From: a virus
Taxonomy: Duplodnaviria; Caudoviricetes
IMG/VR virus record: IMGVR_UViG_3300040811_001959
DNA length: 64,000 bases
Strand: one strand, 5' to 3'
Shown here: one piece after another, positions 56,078 to 64,000 of the stretch
Position numbering within the stretch: position 1 is the stretch's first letter
How the letters are laid out: each line of letters begins with the position of its first letter
The notes under the pieces: model-generated
Told to the model about the DNA's origin: nothing
What the model saw: the letters and a program-made list of their open reading frames with translations, nothing else
Database searches by the model: none
Position numbers and translations under genes: made by a program

Positions 56078-57674
56078 CTATGCCATTATATATATTATCT
56101 TTTAAAAAATCATAATGACTAGGAAGTGTAAGAACATGTTTTGTAATAGCCTCTCTATATTTAAAATAAGCACGTTTAGTAAAACCAATTTGTTCTTTTT
56201 TTGTTGCTAAATTTTTTGTATCATTAAAATTAAATATAAGATTTTTTGTAGCAATAGATTTTAACCCCATTCCAGCTGCAATGTACATATTTCCTATATA
56301 ATCGCTATGATAATGATGATTTATCATGCTTCCTAGAAAATTTGTATATTGATTTTGATTTAAAACAAATTCATTAAATTGTTCCGGAACATACTCATTA
56401 ATTTGTGTACACCATCTCCAATAAGGTGTATCAGTTCTCTGTGACAATGCATAATGTTGCGATACAAAATCTCTAAATTTTGTTACATCAAAATCAACTG
56501 CTAAATTGTAGGCATCTTTTTCTGCCCTTGTTACATATCCATTTCGTCTATTTAAAACATCTAATAATTTTACTATATTTTCGTGAGTGGTTAGCAAACC
56601 TGTTGATTCTAACGGCTCTACAAATCCGTAACTAAGTCCTATTCCTAAAACATTATTCAACCATGCTCTTCTTCTTTTACCGTGTCTAATACTAATAGGA
56701 AATAGTTCTGCTTTATCTGCTATTTTTTTACCATAAATTTTTTCTAAATGTTTACTAAATTCAATAGCGGCATTCTCTTTTTCAATAAATCTTTTAGAAT
56801 AAACATATCCTGTTCCTATTCTGTTCCATAACGGAATAGTCCAAACCCATCCATTATTTAGAGCAAAACAATCTGTTACATTTAGCATCTGCTTTTTTCT
56901 ATCTGTGTAGGGCAAACGACATGCCCATGCGCTATCATTAGCCAAATATTTTGTAAATGGCATAAATGCAGAACCCATCCAATCTTCTAATAGAAGTGAT
57001 TTGAATCCTGTGCAATCTATCCAAAGATCAGCAGTTAGAGTTCTTCCGTCGATTAAAAGTATGTCTGTTATATTGTTTAAGTGATCTTTTTTAAATGAAT
57101 GAGCATCACCTATTATGTGCTCAACACCATTTGGTATTGCTACATTATCTTTTAAATATTGACCAAATAATTGCGCATCAAGATGATATGCTGTGTCAAA
57201 ATCAAAATCAAAATTTCTTAATAATTTATCTTTGTTTTTTGTTTGTTTATTATATTTTGCTAATAATGTGTTTCCGGTGCAAAAAAATTCAGCAAATGAT
57301 TCCGGAGGAAACTCGTCAGGATAAAGCGTTGCTAATTCAGACCAGGAATCAGTTCCTCCGGGTTTATCTGTATAGTCTAATCCTTCTGAGAATGGATATT
57401 CAAACGATTCGCCTTGCCCAATCCTAAAATTTGTAAAACGTATTGAATTTTTATATGTTGCATTGCATTTTGGCATCCAATCTTCATCTTTTAGATCTAA
57501 AAGCCGCAAAAATCTATTAATATGTCCTAGTGTACTTTCACCTACACCAACTGTTCCTATTATTTTAGATTCTACAAGTGTTATAGATAAATGGGGACAA
57601 CATTTGCTTAAAGCGGCTGCTGTCATCCAGCCTGAACTTCCGCCGCCTATAATTACAACTTTTTTAATGTGCAT
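56058..57674 (-). CDS. Flavin-dependent halogenase 4
   Basis: GGGSSG, 'GVGES', 'ATYKNSIRF', WVWTIP, FVEPLESTG. Confidence 0.93.
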   Translation of the reverse strand: MHIKKVVIIGGGSSGWMTAAALSKCCPHLSITLVESKIIGTVGVGESTLGHINRFLRLLDLKDEDWMPKCNATYKNSIRFTNFRIGQGESFEYPFSEGLDYTDKPGGTDSWSELATLYPDEFPPESFAEFFCTGNTLLAKYNKQTKNKDKLLRNFDFDFDTAYHLDAQLFGQYLKDNVAIPNGVEHIIGDAHSFKKDHLNNITDILLIDGRTLTADLWIDCTGFKSLLLEDWMGSAFMPFTKYLANDSAWACRLPYTDRKKQMLNVTDCFALNNGWVWTIPLWNRIGTGYVYSKRFIEKENAAIEFSKHLEKIYGKKIADKAELFPISIRHGKRRRAWLNNVLGIGLSYGFVEPLESTGLLTTHENIVKLLDVLNRRNGYVTRAEKDAYNLAVDFDVTKFRDFVSQHYALSQRTDTPYWRWCTQINEYVPEQFNEFVLNQNQYTNFLGSMINHHYHSDYIGNMYIAAGMGLKSIATKNLIFNFNDTKNLATKKEQIGFTKRAYFKYREAITKHVLTLPSHYDFLKDNIYNGIDEYINK

Positions 57675-57694
57675 AAATTATTCCTGTTATGGGA

Positions 57695-57701
57695 TATTTA
57701 T
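57695..57701 (-). promoter_or_regulatory. Late promoter box upstream of halogenase 4
   Basis: 'cATAAATAtcccataacaggaataatttATG'. Confidence 0.55.
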
Positions 57702-57716
57702 GCAAAGATATTTAGA

Positions 57717-58211
57717 TTATGAATTAGAATTGAGCCAAACGGAATATCTACGCCATGCTGGTAGTTCCATAGTTGACGGAACTGGAGATCTATCAATAGA
57801 AGGTTCTGTATTTTCTAGTGCAGCCTGTTGATCCTCTGCAGTTAAAAATTCTTCTTTAACTGTTGGTTTGTCTATTATATCTTTTACCAAACTAATATGC
57901 TGGTACCATGTGCCATTTTGGCTTATTGTACCAGATTCTTTTAGTTCATGATAAAGCATGTCTAATTGTTCGCCAACTGTTCCATATGCAACTTGCCTTG
58001 CAACTGCGGTATTGGTAAAACCGCCATCTCTTTCTACCCATACCATATCTTGTTGTGCCGGACTCCATTCTAGTGTCCAATCTAAAGTAACATTATCCGG
58101 AGCATTAACCCATGCTATAGTTGCATCTGGGCCGTCATAAATTTCATATTCTTCTCCAGGATCGCGAATTTCACTTACAAAACCTTGATACGACATTAAA
58201 ACTTTTTTCAT
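57717..58211 (-). CDS. Probable tail-fibre assembly/associated protein
   Basis: 'ARQVAYGTVGEQLDMLY...W..HI..VK' directly after the fibre genes. Confidence 0.5.
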   Translation of the reverse strand: MKKVLMSYQGFVSEIRDPGEEYEIYDGPDATIAWVNAPDNVTLDWTLEWSPAQQDMVWVERDGGFTNTAVARQVAYGTVGEQLDMLYHELKESGTISQNGTWYQHISLVKDIIDKPTVKEEFLTAEDQQAALENTEPSIDRSPVPSTMELPAWRRYSVWLNSNS

Positions 58212-59065
58212 TTGTATTCCTCTATAACGATTATGCCTGGTCTACCATCTGATCCCCTGTGACCATGAAAATATCCTCCGGTACCGCCTGTGCCAGGAGC
58301 AGAGTGACCTTGATGATTATGAGCAAAATGACCACCTTGGGGATGTCCTCCTGGTGCTGCTCCTCCAAAATAACTGGTGCCACCTGGTCCAAAACTGTGA
58401 TGGTGGGCACCGCCACCGCCTTGATGTATATTTAAATTGCCACCTGATCCGTTTCCGCTCACACCGCCAGAGTGTTGATTCTGTCTGTTAGCTCCATGGC
58501 CTCCACTTGCGCTTACATATGGTCCAAAAGATGTTGTTCCGCTATTTCCTCCTGCACCAGAATAATAAGTACCACTGCCACCGCCACCTATATTACAACT
58601 TACAGAACTGATGCTATCTACGTTCATTATTCTCTCTGCATACCCTCCGGCTCCACCTGACTCTCCGTGCCCACTTGCACCACCACCAGGACCTTGTACT
58701 TTTACCCTAATATACCTAACTCCGGCTGGTTTATTCCATGTTCCGTTTGATGTAAATACTGAAATTCCACTGAACCCTAAATTAGCATATTCTAGAGCGC
58801 TACCCGAAGCACTTGTTCGTCTTAGGAGTTGTTGATTACTTCCTATTGTTGATAATCCAGTTCCTCCCTTATCTCGTGGCATTGTTCCTGCCACCGTTGA
58901 AGTGCTATAATCAATTGCTCCATCTTTGATATTATCTTCTATAATAGTATTATCTTCTATGTTAGCAGTGGCAATAGTATTATTGGCAAAACTTGTTGTT
59001 TCTAACGATTCGTTTGTTACAGATTGATTTGTTAGATTTTTTAGTAGTTGATAATTAAACGCCAT
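58208..59065 (-). CDS. Gly/His-rich fibre-tip-like protein, paralog C
   Basis: 'FTSNGTW.KP', 'GGG', 'HPQGGHFAHNHQG', 'G.PGIIVIEEY'. Confidence 0.7.
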   Translation of the reverse strand: MAFNYQLLKNLTNQSVTNESLETTSFANNTIATANIEDNTIIEDNIKDGAIDYSTSTVAGTMPRDKGGTGLSTIGSNQQLLRRTSASGSALEYANLGFSGISVFTSNGTWNKPAGVRYIRVKVQGPGGGASGHGESGGAGGYAERIMNVDSISSVSCNIGGGGSGTYYSGAGGNSGTTSFGPYVSASGGHGANRQNQHSGGVSGNGSGGNLNIHQGGGGAHHHSFGPGGTSYFGGAAPGGHPQGGHFAHNHQGHSAPGTGGTGGYFHGHRGSDGRPGIIVIEEYK

Positions 59066-60086
59066 AATTAACTTTCAATAAAATTCTGTTATAACAATAA
59101 TGCCTGGTTTACCATCTGATCCTCTGTGACCCGAATAATATCCAGATGTACCGCCTGTGCCAGGAGCAGAGTAACCTTGATGATTATGAGCAAAATGACC
59201 ACCTTGGGGGTGTCCGGCAGGTGCAGGTCCTCCCCAAAATGAAGATCCTCCCATTCCAGAAGATCTTTGTTCGTGGCTTCCGCCACTACCACAATGTAAA
59301 TTTAAACTACCACCAGATCCTCCTCCACTAAGTCCGCCATTATGTTGATTATGTCTGTTCGCTCCATGGCCTCCACCTGCACTAAGATAAGGTCCAAAAC
59401 TACTTCCAGCTCCGTTACCTCCTGCACCAGAATAATATGTACCACCGCCGCCGCCACCTATAGTTACTGCTACGCTTGAAATATTTGCATTTTCAACTTC
59501 TAAAATTCTTTCACTATAACCCCCGGCAGCTCCTGACTCTCCGTGGCCACTTGCACCGCCACCGCCTGCTTGCACTTGTACCCAAATAAAACGAACATTT
59601 GACGGTCTAGTCCATGTACCATTACTTGTAAAAACTACCATTCCTTTTATACCATATGGTCTAAATGATAAAGAATTGTTAGCACTATTTGACATTAAAA
59701 TTTCAAAAGGATTTCCACTGGCAGTTGTATTAGTTCCGCCTTTGTTTACAGGTAATGTACCTGACACACTAGTTGATGTGAGATTAACACTATTGTCTGC
59801 AAATTTTGCAGCTTCGATAGTATTACTGGCAATTTCTGTATTTGTAATTTCTTCATTTCCTATATCTGTTCCTGTTATTGAACCACTTATAAATGAATCA
59901 TTTGTTAATTTTTTTAATAGTTGATAATTAAATGCCATTGAAATTGCCTTAATAATATTCTGTGATAATTATAATACCTGGTTTTCCGTCTGATCCTCTA
60001 TGACCATGAAAATGAGCGCCTGCTCCGCCTGTGCCGGGTGCAGAGTAACCTTGATGATTATGAGCAAAATGACCACCTTGGGGATG
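58307..60086. repeat. 36-39-bp identical segment shared by the three fibre paralogs (58307-58345, 59174-59209, 60048-60086)
   Basis: accttgatgattatgagcaaaatgaccaccttgggg. Confidence 0.9.
59075..59938 (-). CDS. Gly/His-rich fibre-tip-like protein, paralog B
   Basis: Same architecture as its neighbours. Confidence 0.7.
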   Translation of the reverse strand: MAFNYQLLKKLTNDSFISGSITGTDIGNEEITNTEIASNTIEAAKFADNSVNLTSTSVSGTLPVNKGGTNTTASGNPFEILMSNSANNSLSFRPYGIKGMVVFTSNGTWTRPSNVRFIWVQVQAGGGGASGHGESGAAGGYSERILEVENANISSVAVTIGGGGGGTYYSGAGGNGAGSSFGPYLSAGGGHGANRHNQHNGGLSGGGSGGSLNLHCGSGGSHEQRSSGMGGSSFWGGPAPAGHPQGGHFAHNHQGYSAPGTGGTSGYYSGHRGSDGKPGIIVITEFY

Positions 60087-60800
60087 ATTTCCTGGAGCAC
60101 CACCTCCAAAGAATGTGTTTGCACAACTTTGGGCACTATATGCATGATGGTTAAATCCGCCACCTGAATGTAAATTTAAATTGCCACCCGATCCGTTTCC
60201 GCTCACTCCTCCTGAGTGTTGATTCTGTCTATTAGCTCCATGACCTGCACTTGCACTTACATATGGTCCAAAACTACTTCCGCCTCCATTACCTCCTGCA
60301 CCAGAATAATATGTACCACTGCCACCGCCACCTATAGTTACTCCTACAGAACTGATTCCTGTTACATCAAGATATCTCTCAGCATAGCCACCGGCACCAC
60401 CGCCTTCTCCGTGACCACTGCCACCACCGCCACCGCCTTGTACTTGAACTTTGATATATCTTACATTTGCAGGTCTAGTCCATGTACCATTCCCTGTAAA
60501 AACACTCATTGATCTTAAACCATGTTCGTGGTAATCTAATGAGCTACCTGTACTTCGTATAGCTTTGAAGGCTCCTCCTAAAGATGTTAATCCGGTTCCG
60601 CCTTTTGAAGTTGGTAATGTACCAGTTGTTTTGCTATTTGAATTTACAACAGCATCGTCGGCAAATTTGTTTGCGGTTATAGAATCATCAATCAAATTTG
60701 CATTTACTATTTGATCTGTTCCTATATTTGATTGTAGTAAAGTGTTATCAATTAAGCTGTCGTTTGTATAATTTTTTAAAGTCTGATAATCAAACGCCAT
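59949..60800 (-). CDS. Gly/His-rich fibre-tip-like protein, paralog A; start revised to 60800
   Basis: Same architecture; AGGA RBS before MAFDYQ. Confidence 0.7.
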   Translation of the reverse strand: MAFDYQTLKNYTNDSLIDNTLLQSNIGTDQIVNANLIDDSITANKFADDAVVNSNSKTTGTLPTSKGGTGLTSLGGAFKAIRSTGSSLDYHEHGLRSMSVFTGNGTWTRPANVRYIKVQVQGGGGGGSGHGEGGGAGGYAERYLDVTGISSVGVTIGGGGSGTYYSGAGGNGGGSSFGPYVSASAGHGANRQNQHSGGVSGNGSGGNLNLHSGGGFNHHAYSAQSCANTFFGGGAPGNHPQGGHFAHNHQGYSAPGTGGAGAHFHGHRGSDGKPGIIIITEYY

Positions 60801-60808
60801 AGTCATCC

Positions 60809-61270
60809 TTAAATATTTTCAACTCTCCATCCTTCGGTATTATCGAACCATATAAGAGTAAAAGATGCACCAGTTGTGGTAACTTCCATGACATCAGTTG
60901 TGCCCATAATTGGATTAGATCCTGGATTAATTCTAAATATTCTGATGTTGTTAATTGAATTATTTTTATCAGTAAAAGTAATTTTGTCGTACTTTGATGG
61001 TGATGTTGGAAGTGTAACTGTAAATCCAGAGTTTGGTAAGCAGTCTACCCAATAATGTTTATTGACCACAACATTTGTATCGCTTTGTATATCAACACTG
61101 TGCATATCTCGAATTGAATGCCAACCGTCTCCGTCATAAATTTCTAGAGTATGTTTATCTGTATTGAAAAACAATGCTCCTTGAACTGCAGGATCCGGTC
61201 TGGTGCTATCTACTCCATATCCAACTGGTAATGATACAAAACTAGATCCATATTGTACTCTTCTACCCAT
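60809..61270 (-). CDS. Virion structural protein (fibre-associated)
   Basis: 'GALFFNTD...EIYDG..W', 'TVTLPTSP...D.ITF.D', 'LIWFD...GW'. Confidence 0.6.
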   Translation of the reverse strand: MGRRVQYGSSFVSLPVGYGVDSTRPDPAVQGALFFNTDKHTLEIYDGDGWHSIRDMHSVDIQSDTNVVVNKHYWVDCLPNSGFTVTLPTSPSKYDKITFTDKNNSINNIRIFRINPGSNPIMGTTDVMEVTTTGASFTLIWFDNTEGWRVENI

Positions 61271-61279
61271 TAATCATCC

Positions 61280-61600
61280 TTATAATGTTGATGTTTCTAT
61301 TCCGTATGCTATGGCTGTAATATTTGCTACATCAGACCGAACCATTACTGAATAACCGTCATGAACAACAATTCCTGTTCTTTCTAAAACTCCATTTGGT
61401 ACAATTTGTGTATTGAATTCAATATAATCAGCAACACCAATTGTTCCGGTTTCACTTATTGCAACATTAATTCCAGCTGTTGCTGTAGATCTATTACAAA
61501 TATTTAAAGTAACAATTGCAAATGTGTTATCAGGGCAGGTATAGATTATAGTATCAGTATCAACTACAACATCAAATTTGCCTAAAACTCCAGTAGCCAT
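61280..61600 (-). CDS. Small virion structural protein
   Basis: 106-aa beta-rich ORF; late box and AGGAG RBS upstream. Confidence 0.6.
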   Translation of the reverse strand: MATGVLGKFDVVVDTDTIIYTCPDNTFAIVTLNICNRSTATAGINVAISETGTIGVADYIEFNTQIVPNGVLERTGIVVHDGYSVMVRSDVANITAIAYGIETSTL

Positions 61601-61621
61601 TAAATCTCCTTATCTTTGTAT

Positions 61622-61628
61622 TATTTAT
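61622..61628 (-). promoter_or_regulatory. Late promoter box ATAAATA
   Basis: 'gataaataatacaaagataaggagatttaATG'. Confidence 0.6.
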
Positions 61629-64000
61629 CATCTCAAAAAGTAATTTAATGCTAATGGGACTCCTGTTATGCCTCTAGTAAAATTAGTTGTAACATTAAAT
61701 GTAATTGATGTTCCTGTTACTGTATTGATCTCATTTGTAGCAATGTAAATATCTCCAGCTGTCAACGAGTTAACATTTAATGCAGCACCACCACCACCAA
61801 TCTGGGCTTCAATGTAAGCTTTTATAGCTCTTTGAGTTGGTATAACTGTATCACTATTAGCAGTCATAAATGGATCTGTTGAGAATTCACTGACTGTTGC
61901 AGAACTACCACCAAGTGTTACTTCTCCTAATGTCAACTCTTGTAATCCTGCAATATTAAATGCATCTGCATTTAAAGTAGCAATACCTGTTGATTGTTCA
62001 ACATTAAATAAATTTCCTACCCTAAAGTTTCCGTCCTGATCTGTTGCTGTAAAGAAAACCCTACCGCCATTTGACTCAACAGTTTCTTGAGCTTGGACAG
62101 GATCTTGTAAAGGCAAATTTGGATAGTTTGTAGTTATAAAATTTCCAGTACCAATGTCAAGGAAGTCATGACCAGTAAGTCTTACTTGAGAATATCTAAT
62201 ACGCATTGTTATAGGCGTACCGTCTTCAGGGGATTGTATAGCTTCAACGGAAGGAGAAAGATTTAAAAATCCTGTGTAAGATCCATCGGTATCTCCTAGG
62301 AAAGAAACAGTGTTTACAAGTTTAAATACAGTGTCTGGTAAATGATCAAAAACTACATTTGATCCAGCAATAGGTCTTTCTGATAATCTTCTAACAGCAA
62401 TATACAAACCACTTTGATAAAAATCAGCATACCCATTTGACGATTCTGCTGCAATAGATCCTGATGCTGCTTCGTAACCTTGCCCTCTATCTATAAAAGT
62501 TGGGTTAGCCAGCACGCCGTTACCCATTCTTACTGTATATGTAACATCATAGATGTTATTAGGATCAGTTATTGTCATTGTAGGTGCTCCTTCATAGTAT
62601 CCGCTGCCTGGTTCAACTAAACGCACAGCAAATATTTTTTCATTTGCTATGCTCGGTCGTCCTATTGCTCTTACACCTAACTTTATCATAGAAATATGAT
62701 CGTCTACGTCTGCTCCTTTGACTACCCAACATCCTTGATGATTTGGATTGCCAAATGCCAGTGCATCAAATCCATTATTAGCAGTCGGAGCTGCTGTTAC
62801 AGTTCTTAACACCCAATTAATACCATCAGTTGATGTTCTTAAATTTTCACCTTGTACATCATCAATAACAACAAATTGACCTTGACCATATTTAATTTTG
62901 TTGCCCGATCCTTTACTTGATCCATCAGATGGTAAATCAACAAGTGTCCAAGTTTCTCCTCTGTCTATTGAGAATAATGCGTCATTTTGATCTTCTGATA
63001 TAATTATAAATCGGTTGTTGCCATACGCTATGTTAGCATAATTTCTTATTGCCGGAGCAACAATTTGAGTCCAAAGTCCTGGATTTTGATGATTAGCCCA
63101 AATAATTTCATCACTATTGTATTTTACTGCAACTAACCGGTCAGATCCAAATGTTAAGCCTACAAATCCCACACTTGGCAATGCATCTGTATATTGTAGC
63201 CACGATAAGCCTGCATCATCAGATACAAATATATGTCTAGAATTTTCAAATCCTAAATAAAATTTATTCCTTCCGTATGTGATAAATGGTTCACTATCTT
63301 GGGCTGCAGGAAGCGATACTGCAGCCCAATTGTCGTTATCATTACTTACAAAAATTTGATTTGGACTTGTACTTTGAGTTACAATTATTGTAGCACTAAC
63401 AGCATATTCACTTGAGCCATCATTGAATATAGCATTTGCTATTTTAGCTGGCCCTGACTGCCCGGTTCCTCCTACAATTTGTTGCGTCCACATCATACCA
63501 TCGGTGCTTTTTTCAATATTTTGACTTGAATTACCTACTGCAATAAATGATCCACTGCAACCTAAACCTTCCTGATCAAAATAAATAATTGCTCCAGTTG
63601 TACTATCAATTGATGTAACTGTTAGCACAAGATCGTTTATAGGGGTCATTCCTCCTAATTGTGTTCCTATAATTGTTATTGTATCACCTCTTGCATAGTC
63701 TTGACCTGCATTAACAATTGAAACTAAATATTTGCTTCCTTTTCTAATTACTGTAAATGTTGCACCAAACCCTACAACAGATACTTCTAAATCAGGTGTT
63801 AAATTACTGTATTCTACAGTGGTATAACACCATGCAATATCTGAAGTTGGATGACTTGCACTTAAAGTTGCGCTTGTTGAGCTGTATGGCGGATCAGTAA
63901 ACGAAACTTTTGGTTCAATTTGATAAATTGAACTTGCATTTGGAGCAACAATAGGTGTTCCAGGAAATAAATGTTCCCACCCTGGTGAATCGTCGTCTTT
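61628..64000 (-). CDS. Large virion structural protein with Asp-box/BNR beta-propeller (5'-truncated by the window end)
   Basis: The frame stays open from 63649 to 64000 (KDDDSPGWEHLFPG...); repeated S-x-D-x(3-4)-W motifs. Confidence 0.75.
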   Translation of the reverse strand, partial: KDDDSPGWEHLFPGTPIVAPNASSIYQIEPKVSFTDPPYSSTSATLSASHPTSDIAWCYTTVEYSNLTPDLEVSVVGFGATFTVIRKGSKYLVSIVNAGQDYARGDTITIIGTQLGGMTPINDLVLTVTSIDSTTGAIIYFDQEGLGCSGSFIAVGNSSQNIEKSTDGMMWTQQIVGGTGQSGPAKIANAIFNDGSSEYAVSATIIVTQSTSPNQIFVSNDNDNWAAVSLPAAQDSEPFITYGRNKFYLGFENSRHIFVSDDAGLSWLQYTDALPSVGFVGLTFGSDRLVAVKYNSDEIIWANHQNPGLWTQIVAPAIRNYANIAYGNNRFIIISEDQNDALFSIDRGETWTLVDLPSDGSSKGSGNKIKYGQGQFVVIDDVQGENLRTSTDGINWVLRTVTAAPTANNGFDALAFGNPNHQGCWVVKGADVDDHISMIKLGVRAIGRPSIANEKIFAVRLVEPGSGYYEGAPTMTITDPNNIYDVTYTVRMGNGVLANPTFIDRGQGYEAASGSIAAESSNGYADFYQSGLYIAVRRLSERPIAGSNVVFDHLPDTVFKLVNTVSFLGDTDGSYTGFLNLSPSVEAIQSPEDGTPITMRIRYSQVRLTGHDFLDIGTGNFITTNYPNLPLQDPVQAQETVESNGGRVFFTATDQDGNFRVGNLFNVEQSTGIATLNADAFNIAGLQELTLGEVTLGGSSATVSEFSTDPFMTANSDTVIPTQRAIKAYIEAQIGGGGAALNVNSLTAGDIYIATNEINTVTGTSITFNVTTNFTRGITGVPLALNYFLR

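Noticed and set aside
1947-60512. Numerous short antisense ORFs in the supplied track (e.g. 1947, 4600, 9550, 15124, 29473, 39272, 57095)
   Set aside because: They lie opposite well-supported genes and show no recognisable motifs or RBS
58208-60800. Diversity-generating retroelement (TR/VR) among the three fibre paralogs
   Set aside because: No reverse transcriptase in the window. All copies are full ORFs, and the differences inspected are mostly third-codon-position changes, not adenine-specific.
1-64000. Stop-codon reassignment (alternative genetic code)
   Set aside because: Standard-code ORFs tile the window densely and conserved proteins are full length
1-64000. tRNA, rRNA or transposase genes
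   Set aside because: Intergenic gaps are short (the largest are about 110-120 nt) and no cloverleaf, rRNA or transposase motifs were recognised

Overview
This window is a 64-kb, AT-rich, gene-dense segment of a large T4-like myovirus genome, probably an aquatic jumbo phage; the host cannot be determined from the sequence. From left to right it holds five blocks. (1) A replication/recombination module: UvsW, UvsY, UvsX, gp32, a gp62-like clamp-loader subunit and an unusually small 187-aa DnaE-type polymerase core, with peptide deformylase and a sulfotransferase inserted. (2) A ~7-kb glycosyltransferase/methyltransferase island inside that module. (3) A packaging/head block: TerL, a TerS candidate, gp4 and large putative internal head proteins that share a short I/L-L-K-x-A-G motif. 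(4) A tail/neck block: S8 protease, fibre proteins, tube, sheath, gp13/14/15. (5) A ~17-kb island of four flavin-dependent halogenases, about 13 Fe(II)/2OG- or JmjC-type oxygenases and two dUTPase-fold-like paralogs. This island directly abuts three tandem His/Gly-rich fibre paralogs and a large beta-propeller virion protein that runs off the window end. T4-type late-promoter boxes (ATAAATA) sit in most intergenic gaps, and four lie only 4-5 nt before an ATG. No tRNA, rRNA, CRISPR array, reverse transcriptase or transposase was seen. All annotations come from motif recognition by eye; no database searches were run.
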